In this document: piece after piece, positions 41,384-50,464 of the stretch | Layout of the letters: the number at the start of each line of letters is the position of its first letter | How positions within the stretch are numbered: position 1 is the first letter of the stretch | Source of the DNA: Eubacteriaceae bacterium | Lineage (GTDB): Bacteria > Bacillota > Clostridia > Eubacteriales > Alkalibacteraceae | NCBI GenBank assembly: GCA_049366695.1 | Contig: JBMNCR010000089.1 | Coordinates: forward strand, 14,358 to 78,357 | Direction: 5' to 3' | DNA length: 64,000 bases | The notes under the pieces: generated by a model | What the model was told of the DNA's origin: nothing | Databases searched by the model: none | Seen by the model: the letters and a program-made list of their open reading frames with translations, nothing else | Program-made: the position numbers and the translations under genes

Positions 41384-42538
41384 ATGAATGATGTAATGAA
41401 AAAATTACAAGAAAAAAGAGAAAGAGTTGCTAAAACAATTCTCAGGGAAGAAGTAGATAAAGTACCTTTTTTATTAATAGCAGGGGAGTATCAAGCGTCT
41501 TATGTCGGTGTTGATGTAAAAGATGTAAATACGTATGAACAAGCTATGGAAATAAATATAAAATTTTATGAAGATATACAATACGATGTTTTAGCATATT
41601 GTTATATTCCCCATAATGTTTTTACGTCAAATTTTATTAGAATACTCGGTGGGGGAGCCCATGTTGTAGTTGATGGGATTAAACAAATCAATCCGGCAGC
41701 TGTTACCATTTTACAACCAGAAGAATATCCCGAATTGATAAAAGATCCCCTTAATTATCTTTTAGAAACCGTTTATCCCAGAAGATTTTCGACATTAAAA
41801 ATTGAAGATCCAGAGGAAAAAATTGAAAAAATAAAAGAGTTTATGGGGTTAATGAGTGGTCTTAATGAATATAGTGATTTGTATGAAAAGAATGGGATTC
41901 CATTGATAATGGGAGCTATATCTTATTATAATCCTATCGATTTAATAATGGATGTTTTGAGAGATTTTACGGGAGTGAGTCGAGATATTAGAAGATGCCC
42001 TGAACTAATAAGAGATGCCGGGCTTGCTATGGTTGAAGCATATAAATTAATGTCTGTAATGTCACCACCTAGGGATTACCAGACAGTTATTGTTCCTATG
42101 CATTTACCTTCTTTTATAAAACCAAAGGATTTTGAAAAGATTTACTGGCCTTCTTATAAAGCGATAACTGAAGCTTTGATTGAACAAGGGCATAATATAA
42201 TGTTTTTCTTTGAAAAAAACTATTCACATTTATATGATTATTTACAAGAACTACCACAAAAGGGGGTATTAGGTGTTTTTGAAGAAGACGATATTAGGGT
42301 TGTAAAGAAAAAACTAGGTAATACCATGGCAGTTGCAGGAGGATTATCATCTAATCTAATGCAATATGGAACGAAAGAAGAATGCATTAATCATGTTAAA
42401 GGGTTAATTGATGATCTAGGTCCAGGTGGTGGATATTTTATTACCAATGATGTACCTTTGATATCCCCTAATGATGCACGACCTGAAAATTTAAAAGCTG
42501 TTGCTGATTGTATTAACGATTATGGATATAACAAGTAG
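41384..42538 (+). CDS. Uroporphyrinogen decarboxylase (URO-D/MtaA) family methyltransferase
   Basis: 384 aa, starting 1 nt after the corrinoid gene stop. The C-terminal GPGGGYFITNDVPLISPNDARPENLKAV is typical of URO-D-family corrinoid methyltransferases. Confidence 0.7.
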   Translation: MNDVMKKLQEKRERVAKTILREEVDKVPFLLIAGEYQASYVGVDVKDVNTYEQAMEINIKFYEDIQYDVLAYCYIPHNVFTSNFIRILGGGAHVVVDGIKQINPAAVTILQPEEYPELIKDPLNYLLETVYPRRFSTLKIEDPEEKIEKIKEFMGLMSGLNEYSDLYEKNGIPLIMGAISYYNPIDLIMDVLRDFTGVSRDIRRCPELIRDAGLAMVEAYKLMSVMSPPRDYQTVIVPMHLPSFIKPKDFEKIYWPSYKAITEALIEQGHNIMFFFEKNYSHLYDYLQELPQKGVLGVFEEDDIRVVKKKLGNTMAVAGGLSSNLMQYGTKEECINHVKGLIDDLGPGGGYFITNDVPLISPNDARPENLKAVADCINDYGYNK

Positions 42539-42551
42539 AGAGGTGAGAAAA

Positions 42552-42950
42552 ATGAGTGAAAAAGTTTCAAATAGAGAAGTACTTGAGAGATTTGCTAGAG
42601 AAATAATGCACATGGAAACTAAGGAACAAATAGATGGTTTCATAAATTCCTTTGTGTATGGAATTTTATGCATGGTTTAGATAATGGATATTCAGATAAT
42701 GAAAATATTTTGAGGGAGATGATATTTGTCGGAGGGCTGTTGACGCAAGCTATTGGTGTATGAAATATATCATTGGTGATGGAGCATCAAATAAAGTATG
42801 TACTATCGTATTGGGTATTGTAAATGGAGATATTGGTAGAGAAAAATATATTGCCTGAGGATCGTGTTTCTTGCACCGGTCATTAAAGAACAGAAGAAAT
42901 GGATTTGTATTGATGTGTTATTCATTATATAAAGTAAAATAAATATTTAA
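42552..42950 (+). pseudogene. Decayed corrinoid-protein gene (multiple frame breaks, His-loop lesion, 3' truncation)
   Basis: Fragments in different frames match the corrinoid family: KYFEGD / MIFVGGLLTQAIGV (compare GKYFVGDLIFAGELLTEAIDL) and VLGIVNGDIGREKYIA (compare VxGTVxGDxHDIGKNxV). The His is missing. Stops at 42678, 42760 and 42856. Confidence 0.65.
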
Positions 42951-42965
42951 AGGTGGTATTATAAT

Positions 42966-43472
42966 ATGAAAATTGAAACAAAGATTAACTTGTACAGTAC
43001 TCTGTTTTTTGCCATTATTTTTGGCGTAGTCTTCACAGCCGTAGGGGGGCTGATGACAACAGGGGTTATTGATTAGCCTAATTTTCTTGCTACGGTTCTG
43101 GTAGGACTTGTAGTAGGTTTAGTGGTAGGATTGATTATTCCAATCGGAAAATGGGGTGCCGCATTAGCAGGTAAGGCTGCAAAGCCTGGTACTTTCTTAT
43201 TTAATCTAATTATGTACGCATTTATACTGGTGGTAATGTTGATATTTATGAGTCCTGCATTAACGGTGTTTATTGGTAGTGTCCTACACGGTGCACCTGT
43301 GATAGCCGTTTTACCAAGTTCGTACTCTCTATTTATTCCCTTCTTCCTTATCGGTATTGTTCTTATTATGATTGTTGGCGGACCTATTATGAAGCTAGCT
43401 TTAAAATGCGCAGGTGTACCTAAGGCGGTCAAAGCTAATGCGATTGACGAGAATAGTCAAGAAAAAAAATAA
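42966..43472 (+). pseudogene. Small four-TM membrane protein interrupted by one in-frame TAG (43074-43076)
   Basis: The ATG at 42966 (RBS AAAGGTGG) and the track ORF 43122..43472 are in the same frame, separated only by the TAG. Hydrophobic helices continue across the stop. Confidence 0.6.
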
Positions 43473-43904
43473 CCTAGATTCGAGTAAAATTTATTACAAC
43501 TAATAAGAAAATGGGTAATCGCTAAATAGCTGATTTTGTCTTCACAGATTGAAAATGAAGAGAACTCGCAAGATTCCGGACTTTGGAAATGTTCCATAAT
43601 CTTGATGGGTTGTCTTTTATTCTTTCAGTTTTTATTTTTAAGTACAATAAATAAAGGTATATATAGAATTTTGCCAATATATTGTAAACAATAAAACAAA
43701 AATAATATTTTACTACAATGTTTTAATATATTAGTTTATATGAACTAAAAATAATTTCATTATGCTTCTGAATGTATAGAAAGAAAGAAGTAGATATTGT
43801 TTCTGACATCGATATAGACTATGAAATATTTAAGAAAACTTATTCGTTAATAATACCTAAAAAATCAAATTTATCTATACTTTTGTAACGATGACAATAG
43901 AAAG

Positions 43905-43924
43905 TGATAATTATATAATTATCA
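43905..43924. promoter_or_regulatory. 20-bp perfect palindrome TGATAATTATATAATTATCA (copy upstream of the pseudogene)
   Basis: Exact self-complementary sequence, identical to the copy at 48351-48370. Confidence 0.5.
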
Positions 43925-43979
43925 CTGAATTACTTGTTAAACAGTAATCAATCTTATTCAAAAATGTAAGAAAGTAATA

Positions 43980-44634
43980 ATGAAAAAATATTCACATTTA
44001 TTTAGTGCATATCGTATTAAGAATGTGACTTTTAGAAGCCGTATTTTTTGACTCCTACAGGGATGACTTACCCAAATGAATATACGGGAGAACCTGACTT
44101 TAAAACGGTTCTATTCTATGAAAAGAAAGCTCGTGGTGGAGCAGCGAGCGTAACACTTGGGGAAACGGCAATTAATGATGTTGATTGTGTACGTAGACCG
44201 AATGTAGACCGCATTAGACCTGATTTTGCTAGAATGATTTTACCAAAGAAAAGCTGGGTAAAAGTTACAGATGCCATCAAACGTCATGGAGCGGTACCTT
44301 CCATTCAATTATCTCACGCAAGTATGTTTGGTGAGCTAATTTTTATTAATGAGAATCAACCAATTGGTCCTGTTGATTTAGTAAAAAAAATGGAACAGTC
44401 GTTAGAGGTAGGAATGAGGATGATATGAAACGTATCGCCAATGATTTTTCTGAAACTGTTTGGTGTGCAAAAGATGCACGATTTCAAGAGGTAATACTTC
44501 ACTGTGGAAATGGTTGGTTGATTGGACAATTCTTATCACCACATTGCAATACTCGTACAGACAAATAAGGCGGACCTATTGAAAATAGAGCGAAATTTCC
44601 ACTTATGGTAATTGACGCGGTAAGTCAAAAAGTA
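43980..44634 (+). pseudogene. 5' fragment of a paralog of the OYE/Fe-S flavoenzyme gene, disrupted
   Basis: Nucleotide-level similarity to 48412-49068 is visible by eye. A premature TGA at 44049-44051 follows MKKYSHLFSAYRIKNVTFRSRIF, and further frameshifts and stops occur (for example TAA at about 44566). Confidence 0.85.
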
Positions 44635-44642
44635 ACTCATTA

Positions 44643-45011
44643 GGGACATGCATCATCGGAACAGTAGCAGGAGATCTGCATGACATTGGGAAAAACCTAG
44701 TATCCATGATGATTGAAAGTGCTGGATTTGATATGGTAGATCTAGGTGTAGACGTGCCCAAAGAAAAATTTGTGGAAGCCATAAAAGCAAATGACAATGT
44801 AAAGCTAGTAGCCTGTTCTGCACTGCTAACTACCACCATGCCTTCATTAAAAGAAACCGTAGAAGAAATCAAAGCCAGTGGATTAGAGGGATTTAAGGTA
44901 ATCGTAGGTGGAGCACCCATAACAGAAGAGTATGCTAATGAGATTGGTGCCGATGCTTATGTGCCAGATGCAGGTAGTGCCGGAGCAAAGGCCAAAGAAC
45001 TAATTTCGTAG
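44643..45011 (+). pseudogene. 3' two-thirds of a corrinoid-protein gene fused to the flavoenzyme fragment
   Basis: Encodes LGTCIIGTVAGDLHDIGKNLVSMMIESAGFDMVDLGVDVP...VIVGGAPITEEYANEIGADAY with an intact DxHxxG, but has no N-terminal cap domain or start context. Confidence 0.8.
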
Positions 45012-45034
45012 AATTTGGAGTTTTTTGATTGGAT

Positions 45035-45125
45035 TATACTGCTGATGATTTTATTAGGTTTCATTGTGAAGCACGCTATGAAATGCCCAGGTGTACACAA
45101 CGAAGAAAGTTAAGAAAAATAAAAA
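45035..45125 (+). pseudogene. C-terminal remnant of a paralog of the 42966-43472 membrane protein
   Basis: Translates to ..LLGFIVKHAMKCPGV.., matching ..GGPIMKLALKCAGVP.. at the end of the 43122..43472 ORF. Confidence 0.45.
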
Positions 45126-45175
45126 AATAGCCAAATAATTTTTAAACTAATTATTCAGAGGATAACTATATGACA

Positions 45176-45208
45176 AAAAAGCGATACCAACTATAGGTAT
45201 CGCTTTTT
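45176..45208. terminator. Bidirectional hairpin terminator
   Basis: AAAAAGCGATACC ... GGTATCGCTTTTT. Confidence 0.8.
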
Positions 45209-45281
45209 GCCACTTAATATTATTGAACAGATAATGGTCTAACTAAGCTCTAATAAGAAACTATAAGCCTCAAAGACTCAA

Positions 45282-46613
45282 TCATTTGAAATTAGGATGA
45301 GGAATTGTTTCCACATCAAAATTCTCGTTTCTGTCTTCTCGGATATATGGAAATAGAAGAACTTTTGCCTTTATCTTCAATTGCCTTGTTCCAGGGTTTC
45401 CCCATAGGACTTCAACTATTTTTCCTTCAACAGCATAATCTTGATCTATGGTACACACGGAAAGCATTTCCCTGGTTTTAGAAGAGAGCATGCGTCCAGA
45501 GGAGGCACCTACCATCTTATCCCCATCATAAACTGCATCTATGTGCATCCCGCCATTATTACGTACATAATCATAGTCACTTACTAAATCCAAAATATCG
45601 CAACTGTTTCCAGCTTCAAATGCTGTAGCAATAACCTTTAACACATCATTTTTGTCCCAGATGAGATGAACCATAGTATTATGGTGTCCTTCCAATTCTG
45701 CTTTGAGGGCTTCTTTTCCAATAAAATCATGGTCAAATTTAATTAATTTCTCCCAGCCTAAATCAATGGGACTTCTGTAAATCAAATCAGATTTTCTATC
45801 AATACTTCCGCTGAGAACTGGCTTTTCATCAAAGGGTGTTGCAAAGTGTTCGGCGACTTGGGGGATGCTTCCTTCTGCATGGCAGTTGACGTAACCAAGT
45901 CGACCAAGCTCTTGAATGCCATATTCTTTACCAACTTCAAGAAGTTTATTATAAATGACTTCTGCATCCTCTATCTTGCCGTGGACTTCATACCCCAAAG
46001 TACCTGCCATTCCAGTTCTTAAGATGAATACATCTTTTCCTGCAATTTGAGCATCTTTGGTATACATGAATTTTATATCATGTAAATCTTTCTGTGTAGC
46101 AGCCTCAACAATTTCCAAAGAGCGGGGTCCACACATCTGATAAAAGACGCGTTTTTCTTTTGTACTTTCGCTAGTAAAATTATATTTATTTCCGACCATT
46201 TTATTCAGTAGTGCGGGATCAGGGAGGCACATAGAGATAAACTCATCCTCCGAGCGTCTTACTATAATTCCGTCCAATACAAGCTTTCCCTTATCGTTGC
46301 AGATTATAGTATGACGGGCTTTCCCCATAGGGAATTTTCTGAAGGTATTGACACTAACCTCCTCCATCATATCAAGATACTCTAAACCTTTTATATCGTA
46401 GAACATGAACGGATTTAAACCGGCATGCAAATAGCTGGTGTCGTGCCAACTGATTTCTTCATTGACCCATGTATTGTATGCAAAGGGAACAAGTGGCCAT
46501 TGCCCATTATTCATCGGTAACCATTTCCCTTCCGGGCAAACATATACTGTGTTTTTAGGGATGGTATTTGGTATATACGGTGACATCACAAGTTTTTTTG
46601 ATTCATTTTCCAT
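45282..46613 (-). CDS. GcvT-family, tetrahydrofolate-dependent aminomethyl/methyl-transferase, long LigM/DesA-like form (paralog 1)
   Basis: About 443 aa from the ATG at 46613 (RBS AAAGGAG). Motifs RTGMAGTLGYEVHG and IKFDHDFIGKEALKA. The layout resembles the long O-demethylase-type members rather than the roughly 360-aa GcvT. Confidence 0.7.
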   Translation of the reverse strand: MENESKKLVMSPYIPNTIPKNTVYVCPEGKWLPMNNGQWPLVPFAYNTWVNEEISWHDTSYLHAGLNPFMFYDIKGLEYLDMMEEVSVNTFRKFPMGKARHTIICNDKGKLVLDGIIVRRSEDEFISMCLPDPALLNKMVGNKYNFTSESTKEKRVFYQMCGPRSLEIVEAATQKDLHDIKFMYTKDAQIAGKDVFILRTGMAGTLGYEVHGKIEDAEVIYNKLLEVGKEYGIQELGRLGYVNCHAEGSIPQVAEHFATPFDEKPVLSGSIDRKSDLIYRSPIDLGWEKLIKFDHDFIGKEALKAELEGHHNTMVHLIWDKNDVLKVIATAFEAGNSCDILDLVSDYDYVRNNGGMHIDAVYDGDKMVGASSGRMLSSKTREMLSVCTIDQDYAVEGKIVEVLWGNPGTRQLKIKAKVLLFPYIREDRNENFDVETIPHPNFK

Positions 46614-46788
46614 TAGTACAACTCCTTTTAATTTATTAAACAAAACCGGTTTTGTTATTATATATAAGTATAATTCATACCTTCGCTGAAATATATGAAA
46701 TTTAGAACGAAAAAACACCATTGAATTGTGAAAAAATCCAAATCTGTGGTGTTTTTTATATTAAGGAAAAAAACAATCAAATACTATT

Positions 46789-47994
46789 TCAACATTTCTT
46801 ATCAATAAACCGTAATAACTTGAATGAAAACTGCAAATTAAAACAGACTTGTTCATCTGTCAAAAAGATGGAACATAACTCCTCAATTTTATGAATACGA
46901 TAATACAAGGTGTTTTTATGCATATACATATGATCAGCTGTTCTCTGGATATTACGCCCAAATTCAAGATATTTTTCTAGGGTATCTGCCAAACAAGCCT
47001 CATTTTCTTTATCATATTTTTTTAAAATATCGATTACTGGATCATAAAAATCTCGAGGGTTGCATTCTTTTCCGGCGATTTCAAAAAAATGATAGAGAAC
47101 AATATTATCATAGAAGCATAGTGATGAATCGTTATTAAGCTTCTTATTAATCCTTATAGCACTTTTCGCCTGTCTATAGGCATCATCTAGGTATGTAATA
47201 TCATTGAAAACACGACTAACACCAATTTGAATGGAGATTCCCAAAAAGAATTTGTTAATTACCGATATAACAAACTCATGATTTATGCTATTATCGAATA
47301 ATAACAAAATCCCATCGTCATAAATTATACTATAACTAGAATGCAGAGATATATCTAATGATTCTATTATATAATATATAGATAGTCCGGGGCTTCGTGA
47401 TGTATATTCAATTAATATCAGTCGCATTTGATCATAAAAATTGGCCTTAAGACTTGCGATTCGCTCACGCATTTCCGTTTTCGTTACATTATTTTCTATT
47501 AAATCTTTAAATAGACTATAATAAGGGGTCTTTTGCATAGCAGCGGTTCTATCTATATAAAGCATTTCGTATAGCACAGCTTTACATAGAATAACTAATA
47601 GTTCTAGAGTATCATCATGTGTTGGATTATTTTCCACTAATGTCACAATACCTATAACACTGTTTTTATCTCGAATTCGACAACCCAAAAAACGTTTCGG
47701 GAAGAAATCAAACTTCCCGATAACCGGTTTGTCACTGTTAAATATTTGTGTGTAAACACCAGCATTTTCAACCTCTACTAAATCATTGAAAGTCATATGT
47801 CCATCAGGAAATAGTTGATTCCATGTTTCCTGATCTTCAGTCCTAGAATAACTTTTTGCCAAAATCTTTCGGCTTAAATCATAAACAAATATTGGATTAT
47901 TCAAAACCTCGGAAGCAATATTAATAATATGCTGTAAACCGCCTCGTTCAACAAGTGCATTAAGAATTATTGATTTTTTTTCTGAGAACTCCAT
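46789..47994 (-). CDS. PucR/CdaR family transcriptional regulator (paralog 2, short form)
   Basis: C-terminal HTH NIQRTADHMYMHKNTLYYRIHKI; 401 aa. Confidence 0.85.
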   Translation of the reverse strand: MEFSEKKSIILNALVERGGLQHIINIASEVLNNPIFVYDLSRKILAKSYSRTEDQETWNQLFPDGHMTFNDLVEVENAGVYTQIFNSDKPVIGKFDFFPKRFLGCRIRDKNSVIGIVTLVENNPTHDDTLELLVILCKAVLYEMLYIDRTAAMQKTPYYSLFKDLIENNVTKTEMRERIASLKANFYDQMRLILIEYTSRSPGLSIYYIIESLDISLHSSYSIIYDDGILLLFDNSINHEFVISVINKFFLGISIQIGVSRVFNDITYLDDAYRQAKSAIRINKKLNNDSSLCFYDNIVLYHFFEIAGKECNPRDFYDPVIDILKKYDKENEACLADTLEKYLEFGRNIQRTADHMYMHKNTLYYRIHKIEELCSIFLTDEQVCFNLQFSFKLLRFIDKKC

Positions 47995-48333
47995 TTTGCA
48001 TTCTACCTCACTGAATTAATTATAACTTTTGCATTAAAGTATCTAATTACAAAAGTATTGTTGTTTAAAGTTAATCCTATTATATACATTTAATACTGTA
48101 TTCCACAAATAATTCTGATATAATCGTGTCAATGTATTTAGGATAAAATAAAATACTTGTTCTAGATTATCAATTAGGTACCACTGAAAGGTGGTTTGTG
48201 TAACGACTTAATCTTTCCACTGAAGTTTTTTTATCTAAAAGTATTTTCTATGTTTTTGATATTTGTGTAGATTATTGTATATGTGTAGTTCGTCTATAAT
48301 GACTAAAAAGGAAGACTTGTATAGACTCTTTTG

Positions 48334-49068
48334 ACGATGACAATAAAGAGTGATAATTATATAATTATCAAAGAATTTCAAATATCTAATTTAATAATGG
48401 AGGAAAGTACAATGAAAAAATATCCACATTTATTTAGCCCATACCGTATTAAAAACGTAACTTTTAGAAATCGTATTTTCGCGACACCTACTGGAATGAC
48501 TTACCCAGATGAATATACGGGGGAACCAGACTTTAAAACAGTTTTATTTTATGAAAAAAAAGCTCGCGGTGGAGCAGCAAGCGTAACTCTTGGCGAAACG
48601 AAAATTAATGATGTTGATTGTGTACGCAGACCTAATGTAGACCGCATAAGACCTGATTTTGCTAGAATGATTTTACCAAAAAAAAGCTGGGTAAAAGTTA
48701 CAGATGCAATTAAACGTCATGGTGCGGTACCTTCCATTCAATTATCCCATGGAGGGATGTTTAGTGAGCCAGTTTTTATTAATGGGAATCAACCAATAGG
48801 TCCCGTTGATATGGTAAAAGAAAATGGAACAGTCGTTAGAGGTATGAACGAGGACGATATGAAGCGTATCGCTAATGATTTTGCTGAAGCTGCCTGGTGC
48901 GCGCAAGATGCAGGATTCCAAGAGGTAATGCTACACTGTGGACATGGCTGGTTGATTGGACAATTCTTATCACCACATTGGAATACTCGTACAGACGAAT
49001 ATGGCGGGCCAATTGAAAATAGAGCGAAATTTCCACTTATGGTAATTAATGCGGTACGTGAAAAAGTA
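48334..49068 (+). repeat. Segmental duplication, copy B (intact)
   Basis: Collinear with 43888-44634. Confidence 0.85.
48351..48370. promoter_or_regulatory. 20-bp perfect palindrome TGATAATTATATAATTATCA, candidate operator 42 nt upstream of the flavoenzyme start
   Basis: Exact palindrome lying between the divergent PucR paralog 2 and the flavoenzyme gene. It is conserved without change in the decayed duplicate at 43905-43924. Confidence 0.5.
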
Positions 49069-50370
49069 GGAGAAAACTTTATTATTGAAATCCGTATAAG
49101 TGGTGATGAACATCAGGAAAATGGATGGCCAATTGAAGATGTTATTAAATTTGCACATATGGTAGAAGGAAAAGTAGATTTAATTCATATATCTGCCGGA
49201 GACTACCACAATTCTGATCAATACTGTTTTTCAACTGTATTTATGCCCCATAACTGTAATGTTCATGTTGCAGAAGCACTGAAAAAAGGTGGTGTAAAAA
49301 CACCACTCGTAACCGTAGGTTCTATTAACGATCCTGAGGAAATGGAACGATTGATTGCAGAAGGAATTACAGATTTCGTAGCGATTGGCAGAGGTATCTT
49401 AGCAGATTCGGATCTTCCGAAAAAAATTCAATTAGGAAAAGAGGATGATATTCGTCCATGTGTACGTTGCTGTAATTGTATGGGTGGATTATATGATGGA
49501 TATTATCAATGTGATGTCAACCCGGTTGCTGGACAGGAAGCATATTTATTAAGAACACTAGACGTTGAAGAAAGCAAACGTGTATTAGTTGTAGGTGGAG
49601 GACCTGGTGGAATGGTGGCTGCTTTAACAGCTGCAAGTAGAGGACACAAAGTAACTCTGGTTGAGAAAAATGATAAACTAGGCGGAACACTACAATTCTC
49701 AGATATTGATTCTCATAAACAGGATTTAAGAAATTATAAAGATTACTTGATTCATCAGGTAGAAAAACATGGCGTTGATATTCGACTTAATACAGAAGCA
49801 AATATTGCACTGCTGGAGGAACTACAACCACAATCTATTATTGTTGCAACAGGTGCCCAGCCAAGAGTATTAAAGACAAAAGGGGCTGAAAAAGCATGTC
49901 ATGCAATAGATGCATATTACTCTCCTGAAAAAATAGGAAATAAAGTAGTTATGATCGGTGGAGGTTTAATTGGTTGTGAAGTAGCGTTACATTTAGCAGA
50001 ATTAGGTAAAGATGTGACTGTGATAGAAATAATCGATGAATTAGCAAAAGACGCAAATATCATTCATAAAGCATCATTAGTTGAAACTATGGAAATGATG
50101 AAAGATCTGGTACATGGAGTAACTAAAGCACAAGCAAAAGAAATTACGTATGCTGGTGTTACATATGTTGATCAAGATGGAAACGAACAATTCTTAGAAG
50201 CAGATACTGTATTATATGCAATCGGTATGTTACCAAATGACGATATTGTTGAACAGTTACGTGCTTGGGATGGATGGGAAACTTTCGTTCCTATCGGAGA
50301 TTGTACAGGAGCAAGTATTATTCGTAAAGCAATTCATGACGGGTATCACGCTGCAATAGATATTGTTTAA
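48412..50370 (+). CDS. OYE-like FMN / 4Fe-4S / FAD-NAD(P) flavoenzyme (2,4-dienoyl-CoA reductase, 2-enoate reductase, TMADH/DgcA/StcD architecture)
   Basis: LHCGHGWLIGQFLSP OYE motif, Cys cluster CVRCCNCMGG...C, VVGGGPGGMVAA and VMIGGGLIGCEVA dinucleotide folds. ATG at 48412 behind GGAGGAAAG. Confidence 0.85.
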   Translation: MKKYPHLFSPYRIKNVTFRNRIFATPTGMTYPDEYTGEPDFKTVLFYEKKARGGAASVTLGETKINDVDCVRRPNVDRIRPDFARMILPKKSWVKVTDAIKRHGAVPSIQLSHGGMFSEPVFINGNQPIGPVDMVKENGTVVRGMNEDDMKRIANDFAEAAWCAQDAGFQEVMLHCGHGWLIGQFLSPHWNTRTDEYGGPIENRAKFPLMVINAVREKVGENFIIEIRISGDEHQENGWPIEDVIKFAHMVEGKVDLIHISAGDYHNSDQYCFSTVFMPHNCNVHVAEALKKGGVKTPLVTVGSINDPEEMERLIAEGITDFVAIGRGILADSDLPKKIQLGKEDDIRPCVRCCNCMGGLYDGYYQCDVNPVAGQEAYLLRTLDVEESKRVLVVGGGPGGMVAALTAASRGHKVTLVEKNDKLGGTLQFSDIDSHKQDLRNYKDYLIHQVEKHGVDIRLNTEANIALLEELQPQSIIVATGAQPRVLKTKGAEKACHAIDAYYSPEKIGNKVVMIGGGLIGCEVALHLAELGKDVTVIEIIDELAKDANIIHKASLVETMEMMKDLVHGVTKAQAKEITYAGVTYVDQDGNEQFLEADTVLYAIGMLPNDDIVEQLRAWDGWETFVPIGDCTGASIIRKAIHDGYHAAIDIV

Positions 50371-50396
50371 TATACTAATCTTACAAATCATAGTAC

Positions 50397-50431
50397 AAAA
50401 AAGCGATTTACTTTTCGAGATCGCTTTTTTG
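50397..50431. terminator. Bidirectional hairpin terminator
   Basis: AAAAAAGCGAT ... ATCGCTTTTTT. Confidence 0.8.
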
Positions 50432-50464
50432 TTATTTTGTATTAGAATGTGTTTTCTTGCAAAT

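Larger units (their letters stand above)
43888..44634 (+). repeat. Segmental duplication, copy A (palindrome, leader and first about 220 codons of the flavoenzyme gene)
   Basis: Collinear with 48334-49068. Substitutions are scattered, and the leader carries indels. Confidence 0.85.

Noticed and set aside
42966-43472. Pyrrolysine (or another) recoding of the in-frame TAG as the primary explanation.
   Set aside because: TAG is used as a normal stop by several clearly complete genes in this window (5313-5315, 19998-20000, 42536-42538, 45009-45011, 62422-62424). No pyl genes are visible and the surrounding genes are pseudogenes. I kept it only as a low-to-moderate interest finding.
43473-43880. 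The approximately 400-nt non-coding stretch after the membrane-protein gene as a possible additional RNA or gene remnant.
   Set aside because: I could not recognise a convincing ORF, homology to other parts of the window or stable structure by eye. It is left unannotated.
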